Below, one piece after another: positions 53,560 to 64,000 of a DNA stretch of 64,000 nt (within the stretch, counting starts at the first letter, position 1; every line of letters starts with the position of its first letter). The notes under the pieces are model-generated. The model did not search any database, was not told the DNA's origin, and saw only the letters and a list, made by a program, of their open reading frames with translations. The translations under genes were made by a program, and so were the position numbers. This stretch comes from Eledone cirrhosa (Eukaryota), in NCBI GenBank assembly GCA_964016885.1, contig OZ024742.1, positions 142,662,001-142,726,000 on the forward strand. The letters are read 5' to 3'.

Positions 53560-54495
53560 TTATTATCATCCTCATTTTACATCTGTTTTTACCATGCTTG
53601 CATGCATAGGTTGAACAAATCTATTGTGGTACAGCATCTTGCCACTTGTTACAATCTTTTCTCATACCCTTTGATATTCAGCCTCTTGGAATCAGTCTTC
53701 ACTACTTCTTTCCAGGTTTTTTCTGTTCCTTCTCTTATCTTGGTTCTTTCCACTTGGATCTCTTACAACTTTTTACCCATCCTCCTTACACATCACATAT
53801 CTGTACCAGCTCAGTCTTCTCTCTTGCATGCTACCTCCAATTCTTTTTATACCCAGTTTTTCTCTCAACTCATTTGAACTCCATCATTCAATCAAACTAA
53901 TAATACACAGTCAGGGGAGCATGTTCACCGCTTTTCTTCCCAGCTTTCATACATAATTCATGACTATAATTCATGACCATGCAACATTACACTCAACCTT
54001 TCACTCAGAGAGAAAATCCTTTTGTTGATAGAAGGAATACTAGCTCCTTAAACTTTGTTCCACCCTTTTCTTAATCTGGTTTACTATGCTTTTGGAACAC
54101 CCACCTTCACTTCCAATTAGGTCACCTAAATAACAAAACATATCAACTATTTCTAGAGAACCTTTCAAATGTTTGAAGGAATTTATTTCATGGATTTACT
54201 TACTGCTAACAACTTCTGTGCATCTGCTACATATAAAGTCTTCCTTCACTATCAGCCTGTCTGTTATTCCTTGCACCTCTTGTGCAGCCATAGTTTACAT
54301 GAGGTGCACCATATGGGATTTCTGCCTACTTTCCTAATTACTAAAACCTTGGTTTTCCCATTGTTTACTTTACAGTCTCTCAATTCTAGGTTTTGCTTCT
54401 GCATTTTTGAAATTTCTTTATATTTCTAATAGATAGCATTGAGAGCTAGATCATTGGCAAACAAGAATTCCCACCAACAGCCAGTCTTAAACACT
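53560..54495 (-). mobile_element. Old, highly degraded RTE copy
   Basis: Minus-strand remnants FKTGCWWEFLFANDL, WLHKRC, IVDMFCYLGD; RTE-like terminal CCATGCTTGCATG. Confidence 0.7.
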
Positions 54496-54945
54496 ATTTA
54501 TTTAAGTGTGCTGCATATTCCTAGAACAAGTTCCCAACTGATGTAAAAGCAATATCTTTAACCATTGTGCAATCAAGTATTGTTAAGTTTAAAGTCTGGT
54601 AGAACAATAATTTTTGCTGAAACTTACACTTCTTTCTTATTGACCATCCTGTAATCATCCTGTAGATTCTTATTTCCCCCTCTTCTCTAGTGTTACTTAC
54701 ACTTCCTTCTCACACTGACTAAGAAAATTGATATTGAGTGAACGTATGAAAAGATATAGTCCTAAACAACATGCTGACTCATTGCTAGACTAAATATTAT
54801 TATAGAATAGATATCAATTTATTAAAGGACACTTCAATTGCATAATTAATTCCTGCAGAAAATATAACTGCCACAGCTTATTTCCTGCCATGCCGAAATA
54901 TCAAGATTTAAGTTGATGTATTAGAGTTTTATTACTCTTTAATAA

Positions 54946-55131
54946 CTGTTTCTACTTTTTGGCACAAGGTCAGCAATTACCCAGCGCATTACTGGTACTT
55001 TATTTTATTGACCCCGTAAGGATGAAAGGCAAAGTCAACCTCGGCGGGATTTGAACTCAGATCGTAAAGGGACGTAACTATGCTGGAAAGCATGGCGTCC
55101 GACCCTCTATCGATACTGCCAATCCACCGCC
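54946..55131 (-). mobile_element. tRNA-derived SINE (Nin-domain-like core) with an 18-bp TSD
   Basis: Minus strand GGCGGTGGATTGGCAG..GAGTTCAAATCCC..GCCTTTCATCC..AAATAAAGTACCAG; TSD TTTATTACTCTTTAATAA at 54928-54945 and 55132-55149. A second copy lies at 56028-56220. Confidence 0.88.
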
Positions 55132-55171
55132 TTTATTACTCTTTAATAATAAAATCATAAATGACTTCATA

Positions 55172-55857
55172 TCTATAATATTATAAAGCTGAGTGTTGTG
55201 TGTATGTATTATGTATGTATGTATCCTACACACCTCCCTATAGTTTCTTAGCTTTACTCTCTCCGTCGCTCTTCCCTCTCTCTATAATTTAACTGCTTTA
55301 CTCTCTCTCTCTCTGTATATATTGAAGGTAGATACGGAAACTAAAACAGTGTTGTCATATAGAGAGTGAAGAGCGACAGAGAGAGTAAAGCTGTTAAATT
55401 ATAGAGACATACATACATATATACGACCGTCAGCTTTATAAGTATAGATATGTGTGTGTATGTGTATGTGTGTGTGTGTTTGTGTGTATGTGCATGTGTG
55501 TCTGTGTGTTTTGTTTTGATGTTATCCGGAAATTGGCGAAATCAGATGTGAAAGTATGTGTGTATGTGTGTGTGTGTGTGTGTGTGTTACTTATGCGAGC
55601 GACGACAGATGATTGAAGGGAGGTACGGAAACTAAAACAATGTTGTCATATAGAGAGTGAAGAGCGACAGAGAGAGTAAAGTATCCGTATCTACCTTCAA
55701 TATATCAACATAGAGATGAGCGTCGTATGTATGTTTATTTCAAAAGGATAACCTCCTTCAAATTCGGTCAACACATCAAAAGGCAACCCTCTTAGAGAGA
55801 CAGAGAGTGAAAGAGACAGATTTGGAAAACTACACACATCTAAAGAGAGAGAGGAGG

Positions 55858-55910
<53 letters not shown>

Positions 55911-56789
55911 GAGAGAGACAGGGAAAGAGAAACAGAGGGACGGGCAAGCAGGTAATACATACATCTAAAATCATTTGGATACAAATATCATAATATAATG
56001 GTTGCAGAACGAAAATACAGACAAATATAATAATTGTTTCTACTTTTGGCACAAGGCCAGATATTATCCCAGTGTATTACTGGTACTTTATTTTATCGAC
56101 CCCGTAGGGATGAAAGGCAAAGTTAACCTCGGCGGGATTTGAACTCAGACCATAAAGGGCCGTAACTCTTTGCTGCAAAGCACGGCGTCTGACCCTCTAC
56201 CGATACTGCCAATACACCGGTATCCCACACACTTTTTCTGTCGTCGCTCGCATAAGTAACACACACACACACACACACACACATACTTTCACACCTGATT
56301 TCGCCAATTGCCGGATAACATTAAAAAAAACAGACACACACATGCACATGCACATACACACATACACATTCACAAACACACATATTTATACTTTATATGT
56401 ATGTATGTAAGATCATGTCCCCTCTCTATAATTTAACTGCTTTACTCTCTCTGTCGTTCTTCACTCTCTATATGACAACACTGTTTTAGTTTCCGTATCT
56501 CCCTTCAATACAATATATACACACACATAGAGAGAGAGAGAAAGAGAGAGATTTAGAGAAAGATTAGGAAAACTACACACACACATCTACAGAGAGAGAC
56601 AGAAAAACAGAGGGAGGGGAAAGCGAGAGATAGGCCGTTAGACAGAGAGAGATACAATTAAAGTGTTAGTTATTCAGAGAGAGAGAGAGTCGGAAGGACA
56701 ATGTGACATGGGAGGGTGTGTGGTATCTTTGCAGTGGAGTGGTGGAGGCAGGTATATGTAGCCGGGCGCCAGCCGGACGAGCCAGCTAG
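55172..56789 (+). mobile_element. Non-autonomous Helitron-like element with internal inverted duplications and a nested SINE
   Basis: A/TCTATAATATTATAAAG 5' end; 3' CCGGGCGCCAGCCGG hairpin then CTAG/T; inserted between A and T with no TSD. Confidence 0.75.
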
Positions 56790-58019
56790 TATAAGCATAA
56801 AGTTTGAGATTTTAAAATGCAGGAAAGGAGGTTAACCCTTTTGATACCAAACCACATAAAACTGCCTCTTCTGTGAAACTAAACTATCTATTTTAAAGGA
56901 TTCTTATTTGAATTAAATTCTTTTAACATAATTTTATATAAGAACCATATATTACAAATACCATGAAATAATAAATAATTTTAGTAAATCCACTCAAAAT
57001 TATTTTATTAATAAATTCAAATACAGTGTATTTTCTTAGAAATACAGTAAGGAAAAGGTTAAATGGAAAGTTGTGATGTGAACTGAAACTGGGTCAAGAG
57101 ATAAAGTGTCAAATCTCTAAAATAAATCTTACTGCTTCATTAACAGAGGATTTAATCTGGTAAGTCTATACTGTGAGATATCACATTTCTCAGGCTGTTG
57201 ATGCATGGAGGTTTATTATGTTATTTTAAAGTGCAGATTGAAGCATAGAATATTTGAAGAGCAAGGTTGTAGGCTTAATCCATTACCCAGTTTAACATTG
57301 CTACCTGGCTCATGGATGCCTCAAGTGAAGTCCACTCTGTTGTAAGCTTTCGGACAAAGTCTGTAATTTGAGGATGCGCATTCCCTCAGAGAAACTGAAA
57401 AGGCCCATGGAAACTGTTCTTCACTCCTTAACTAATCAGTAAAAAAATATTATAAAAATTGGTGGTGTTAAACTGGACAATGGAGTAAGTCTGCAACCAA
57501 CCAGGATCAAGTACAGACCATCTGATTAGCTTCAATGCAGTTCTGAATATACAGTTTCATTCATAAAGCTAACTTTGATCAACATAAGGCCATAGAAGAC
57601 ACTTATTCAAGGTGCTACTTACACGATAGGATTGAGTGAGGAACCACCTGACTGCAAAGCAAAATTCTTAAGTCCATGGCTCTCCTAGCACCTATAGTTG
57701 ACTGAAACAACTAGTATATTGGTGGTACTTATTTCTTATCCTCCCTGAAGGGGCAATGGATGAAGTCAACTCAGCAAGGAGTAAAATTAGAACTCAGAGT
57801 ATCAGAACTAAATACTGTATTTGTTGTAAAGTAATTGGCAAAGAAATGACGAACTCATAGGGTCAAGAGGAATTTTTAGTGCTACTGAAGCCTTAACAAC
57901 CTCTCTAGTAGCTGGTGTTATGATAAAAATCACCCTGTACAATCTGTAAAGGGATTAGCAGAGTGGAGACAACATAGGGAGGGACGTAACTTCTTTATTG
58001 CTGGTGCTAGGATAAAATG

Positions 58020-58360
58020 TACTTAGTAAACTTGGTAAAGTGGTGGGTGTTAGGAAGGGCATCCAGCCATATAGACCATGCCAAAAACTGGAATATATGA
58101 GCAAGACATGGTCCCATGGTCTGTCTAAGAGGGCAATAACTCTGAATAAGAACTGAAACAAACTGTGACAACCTGTACATCCCATGCCAGCATGGAAAGT
58201 GAACGATGATAATGATGATGATGATGCCGACAAGAAAAATGATGATGATGATGATGATGAAGGTGATGACAATAATGATGATGACAATGTCAACAATGAC
58301 AACAACAACGATAACAATGTCAACAATGACTGATGATGATGACAATGATGATGATGACTT
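58020..58360 (+). mobile_element. Old RTE-type 3' tail with expanded (GAT/GAC)n
   Basis: GGTGTTAGGAAGGGCATCCAGCC, CCCATGCCAGCATGGAAA, trinucleotide tail. Confidence 0.7.
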
Positions 58361-59104
58361 AACCCAATGTTCTGCAGCTTTAGACCGTGTAATGGCCTTC
58401 AGTTCATAAGTCTCATACCTTTATTTCAATAATTACTTTCAAATTCAACACACAAAATTTACAATCATTTTTCAAACATTATACCTCATTAATTTTAGTA
58501 CTTCTGTTTTCCAAATATCCGATATTATTTAAATCAACTTTTACAATCATGCAAGCATGGAAAAATGGATATAAAATAGCAATGATTATAAGTGAATAAT
58601 AGATTTTTAGACATTATTCATTCTAGCCACTAATATAAAATTTAAACTAAGGCTTCCTACAGGACTCTTTAAAGTCACAAATAATAAAGCAATGATTGTT
58701 TTGTGTGGTAGTTTGTTTATTTTGTTGTTGTTTTTTGTTGTTGTTGTTGTTGTTGTTGGTTTTTTTTTGGGGGGGGGTACATATAGTTACTTTTTTATAT
58801 TAAGAGAAAAAGAGATAGAAAGACAGAGGATGTAAGAAAGAAAGAATGATATATATGTTTATATATAAAGGAGATTGTATGGTACTTGTGTATGTAGTGC
58901 ATAAAATCCCTTGTGGCATTTAGTTACATCTTATTTATTATTATTATGAAGGTAATCATGGATGCAACATGGTTGAATGGTTAAGAAGTTCACTTTGCAA
59001 TCATTAGGTCCCAGGTTTGACCCCACTGCCTGGCATCTTGGGCAAGTATCATTTATAATAGCCTCAAATGACCTATGCGTTGTGAGAGAAATTGGGTAGG
59101 TGAA

Positions 59105-59248
59105 ACCTCACCATTATCAATGACATTCTTTGGAGTATGTTCATACCATTTATTAGCTCTCTCAAGGTAAAGCTTCACACATAACTTCCAGGGAACAATG
59201 TGTGCTACGTTGTCATGCCTTCTCTTGTATTCTCTTTGAACAAGTTTG
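59105..59248 (-). mobile_element. R4/Dong-like non-LTR element C-terminal remnant
   Basis: KLVQREYKRRHDNVAHIVPWKLC..KWYEHTP. Confidence 0.65.
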
Positions 59249-59399
59249 TTGTTATTATTATTATTAATTTCTTTATTAACCACAAAGGAGTTACATTAAG
59301 AAAACATTAAAGACAGCGTAGGACAAAACACTAAGTGTGTGTGTTGGTGTGTAGGTTTTGTGTGTAAACAGGTTTAATGAAATAAAAGGAAGATAATAA

Positions 59400-60285
59400 A
59401 AATTATAATAATGGGTATTCCTCAATAGAGACGAGACATCTGAGGGCTACTCATGGAAAAACTCCATAAAACCATGGTTGCCAGGACTGCTAGGGAAAGT
59501 ACCTTCTCTCAGTTTTTCAGCTTCATTTTACAGGCATATACTCAGGGCAAGCCTGTTCACTTGGACTATGCTTGCCACTCTCATCTACCTTTCAACAAAA
59601 TGGCTAGAATGCAATACTTTCTTCTCTACCATAATTTTCCTCTTGAAATGAAACCCAAAGAAGTTGAAGAGGGGTTGACCAAAGAGGAAAGTGTTTGTAT
59701 TCACCATACAACCTCTTTTACCAGGGCCACCAGGCATATAAAAATTGCCTGCTTTCATGGTTAAAAGAAGGTGGTGGGGAAATCTTCATGATGGATTCAG
59801 CTGCTAGCCAGATCTGTCCTACATATGACAGCAGCTGTTTGGTATAAATCCACATGTCAGCAATGCACGGACACTAAACAAGTGCATCATCCTGCATACA
59901 TCTCAGACATGCTGGGCTGATGGCACTTCAATGACAGTAAAGTTTATCCTGAACTGGCAATAATTTCCAGTAGCACTGCCAGGCCAGGAATTTTTGGAAG
60001 TTATCCATGAACCCTGGGCTGAAAGTTCTCTGGAAGAGAGTGGCTAGTTGATCATCTTTGACACTCATGGTCTCTCTAAACAACTCTGATAGGTTGTCAT
60101 TCACTGCGCAGATGTCACTATACATCGCTGTGATCCATCCCCTGAAAACAGGGCCAAAACTGGGCACCTTGAGGACAGTTGCCAGGTAGCAATGGTCAAC
60201 ACTATCAAAAGCTTTCAATTGATCCAAGTTGATCAGGGTTCTATCCTTGCCTGTTTCCTCACTTACCCTGTCTATGATGTACCAT
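59400..60285 (-). mobile_element. Tx1/L1-like LINE remnant
   Basis: LINLDQLKAFDSVDH.YL..VL...FGPVFRGWITAMYS; degenerate downstream. Confidence 0.55.
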
Positions 60286-61724
60286 CAATCTCAGAATAAA
60301 AGAAACTATAATAATAGCCAACCTGAAACTCAAAATCAACACCTACTGGCAAACATTTAAAAAATGATACAACAATAGCTTAGATCAGAACATAACTTAG
60401 ATCATATACCATGTGATCCATTTATCACAATCAGCATTTAAAAAAAAAAATACCATTTTGAAATTATTTAAATGGCAGCTGAGGAGCAACAAATAATATA
60501 TAGTTCCAAACTAGTTTCTTCTATTAATTTTTTGATAAAGGATTTTATCCCAAAATATGAGAACATATAATGAACTGCAAGGTAATACTCCAAAACCAGT
60601 ATCATATTTTAAAGATTTACTGTCTGATGCACATTATGGCAGCTTTCAAACAAAACACTATTTTCTACAAAACTGTTTCAATGTATTTATATTGATCTGA
60701 AAACCTTCCATCATATTTTTATCTAAGATCTTTATAACACCTAGTTTATCTATTTTCAAATAAGTAAACACAAATTCATCAAAGATTGTGACAAATATGA
60801 CAAAAATATAGATGGAACAATGACATCAATCTATTGTCATTGTGGGTTTTCAATGTAACATATGGCTTTCCAAGCTGCTTTTCATCCATCTTGCAATATT
60901 TAATGTTTTATAGGCATAGACTTGGCTGTGAGGTTAAGAGGTTCATTTTGCAACCACGTGGTCTAGGATTCTATCCCACCAGTGGGGTCAGAAATTTGTT
61001 TCAAACATAACAGAAAACAGAGCCTCAAATAAGCTGAATATACACACAAATAAACTGTATTTCTATCAGATTGATATCAAATTTAACTGTTTCTTTGTCC
61101 CTAACCTCCCTCAATACACCATATCACCCATGATCTGGGTGTATTGAGACAAACATAAATACTTTTCATTGGTCCTTCTTTAAGATGCATTTATTTATTT
61201 TAGATTTAGAAAATGTTATACATTAATAGGCTAGACAAAATGGAGACAGTTTTTCTTTCTTTAAGAATTATGGAGATTTAAAGAAATACTGGTCGGTGGG
61301 AAAGGAATTGCCTGATGTTAATAATAATTCTTCTTCTCTTCTTCTAATAATAATTATATTGAAAAATGATATATTATAGCATTGTAAAGCTCTCTCTCCA
61401 TCTATATTCCTGTCTCAATTTCTCAGTCTCTCTCTCTCTGTTATTTTCAGCTTTCTCACTTGATTTAATTCAATTGATTAAACTAGACAAAACAGAAGTT
61501 ATTTGTTTCTTCTAGCTTGCCATAACATACTGTTACTTTCAATTTAACAAAAAATAGATAAAGATATATAAAACAATATAAAGCTGTAACAAATTTATTA
61601 TGTTTTTACTGTGTGCAGAATATTTCTAACAACTTGTTTTTGGTTTTTGTTCAACAATCTAGATGATAAATGTCATTTCAGGTCATATATGTGTGTGTGC
61701 GCACACACGCGCATGAGTGTCTGT

Positions 61725-62280
61725 GTGTCTGCAACATTAACTTCAGAAAACCACCCAGTCATTTGATCCCCTATTTGTCAGGCAAGCACACAAGCCAGAT
61801 AAATCTTATTCTCACCAGAAGTCAAAATATACTGTTGCAAGTACAAAGTCTCCTTATTGGTGATGAGTGCACTTCCAAATATAACCAAGTAGTGAGTGGC
61901 TTTAGAGTTAGAGCTAGACAAACTCAAAGAAATAAGGTAACTTGGAGAAAAAAGACATGGGAGCTGAGGGAGTCGTTTACTGGGGACAAATTCAAGGATG
62001 GCCTGCTTAACACTTATGACAGTAAGGAAGAAAAGACAGAGACTTACAACATAAAAGAACAGTGGGGATTTCTGAGTAATAGCTTGTTGAAGGCCACAGT
62101 GAAGACCTGTGGCTGGAGCAAGGCCCCCAGAAAGAGACAATTAAAGCTAAGAAACAGACATAGAAAAACCGGAAGACATGGAAAGGAGAGAACAATATCA
62201 AAAAGTTAGGAGAGCAGCAAGGCATCAGATACATTCTGAGGGAAGGGAAGTAAAAAGTGAGAAGTTTGCATATGTTCTAA
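61725..62280 (+). mobile_element. Old RTE endonuclease-region fragment
   Basis: CNINFRKPPSHLI.Y.SGKHTSQI.LIL..GDECTS..TCGWSK aligns to family A ORF2. Confidence 0.75.
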
Positions 62281-62281
62281 A

Positions 62282-64000
62282 CCACAGGTTCTCAACCCAT
62301 TTAGGCCAAACGCCCCCTTTTGTCCCTTGAAATCACAAAACGCCCCCTACCCTATTTTTCCATTTTTCATTATACTACTGATTTTGATATCAGTAGATTA
62401 CTAAAAAATTGATTAACAATATTCAGGCAGCTGAGAGTATAAATACATTCCTTGAAAGGAAATATATAAATTTCAAAAAAAGGAACATAAATGTTCTTTT
62501 TTATGAATAAGGACCAGTTGAATTTGTTATATTCCCACCAGGCGATACCAGCTATTTTGAACATTTATACAAGAGCAACTCTGTCTATCCCAAGAGTGTT
62601 CTTATCTGGAAGAAAGTGGCAATTATATCATTTCAAAGCTTTCCAATTTTCCCTTTAATGAAACGGACAGAATAAATGTTGATATCAAACTTGATGTCCC
62701 CCTGCTTTGTGAGCTTAGAGACCACGGAAGAGGGTTTTCATGACCATGCGGGAGGGTATATTTATTAATAAATGGTAAAATATATACAACAAATGAGTAA
62801 TTGAATTGTAGTAGATGGTTTCCAGTCCAGTCAGACTGCAACTACAAATAAAAAAAATTGTTAGTTTACTTTGTAACAATAGCATATCCAAGTTTTCGTA
62901 TAAATCAACTTATTTTAACTTTGACTCATTTCAATTGGACCCTTGAGCTTCATGGAGTCTAGCTAACTCTTTGACTGAATTTTCCTAAGATGTAGCCAGA
63001 GATCTCCACGTGTAATTACATTGTAGCAGTTGCAAGCCTTACTGTGCAGTCTGGAAACAGCACCAAACCTCCTCTCGACTAAGTATGAGCTTGGAAAAGG
63101 CAGAGTAAATCTCTTAGCCTCTGCATGTAGGTGTAGAAATCAATGCTGAATTTCCTCTTGCATCCCAAAAAGGGGTTCACCTATTTTGGGAAATCTAATT
63201 TTGATCATGTCATCTGCTTGAAGTTCAATGAATTCTTCCTGAAATTTAACGTCCAAATCGTCGATGTTAGCTATGAAAGCATCTGCTACCCACATTGGGA
63301 TGTCCATCAGCAAAAGGTTGACAAACCGTTCTCTCATGTTGTCTTGTAGCGCACAGAGGTGAGTGGTATAAATTTGGAGTTGGTCATCGCTTACAATGTT
63401 TTGAACATTGGCGACACTAGGAAAATTATAGAATTCCCATCGATGACATTCAATTTGGCCAGGAATGTTTTTACAGCATTCCTTGCTTTAAGCAAGGTGA
63501 TCTTCTTCCCCTGCAAAGCCAAAATGACGCTATTTCATTTGTCAAAGATGTTGGTGAGGTAGGCGCAGTCTTACCTCACATCGAGGGTTTTCTTGTACAG
63601 TTCTGTGTTGCGTCCTCGCAGAAACTCAATGATAGAGTCGAAGAGTTCAAAGAAGTGAGTAAAGCACTTGCCCTTTGAAAGCCACCTCACTTCAGTATGA
63701 AGGAGCAACTTGACGAATTCTTCGTCATTATCTTGGCACAGTTACTGGTAAATTCATTCATTGATGGAATGCCGTTTGATAAAATTGATGACATCAATGG
63801 CCACCTGCGAGGACTTGCTCAGAGGCTTGCTGAATTTCTTCGCAGCCAAGTGTTGTTGATGAATGACACAATGAACAGCAAATACAGTTAGATTTTCTCT
63901 CTTCAGAAGAGTGACGAAGCCCTTATGTTGGCCAACCATTGCTCTTGCATCGTCCGTAGTACATGAAACAATGTGTGTTGTATGTGGTCCTAGATGTATG
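62282..64000 (-). mobile_element. hAT (Buster/Charlie-like) transposon remnant, continuing past the window edge
   Basis: TTDDARAMVGQHKGF, HCVIHQQHLAAK, TEVRWLSKG, FPSSYLVERGF; TIR-like CCACAGGTTCTCAACC at 62282. Confidence 0.8.

Overview
Eukaryotic (animal) repeat-rich DNA with no prokaryotic features. The SINE types and the (TA)n/(ATC)n load suggest a cephalopod such as Octopus (inference). The window opens with at least 11.9 apparently identical 261-bp tandem monomers. They run directly into the 5' end of an intact RTE-clade LINE (single 1036-aa APE+RT ORF) that carries a C4HC3 PHD-like finger inside its RT. The rest is a mosaic of elements, mostly embedded in (TA)n microsatellites. These include about 25 fragments of three related RTE families (called A, B, C here), other LINE fragments (CR1-like, other RTE-like, Tx1/L1-like, R4/Dong-like), tRNA-derived SINEs, a DD37D maT transposon, a hAT transposase remnant, non-autonomous Helitron-like elements and a Gypsy gag fragment. 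At least seven loci encode minimal type I hammerhead ribozyme folds, several as long fold-back palindromes, as expected for Penelope-like element termini or retrozymes. One candidate host coding exon (15088-15331) has an upstream RFX X-box-like motif. Most ORFs in the track are microsatellite or antisense artefacts. All calls were read by eye and boundaries of degraded elements are approximate.
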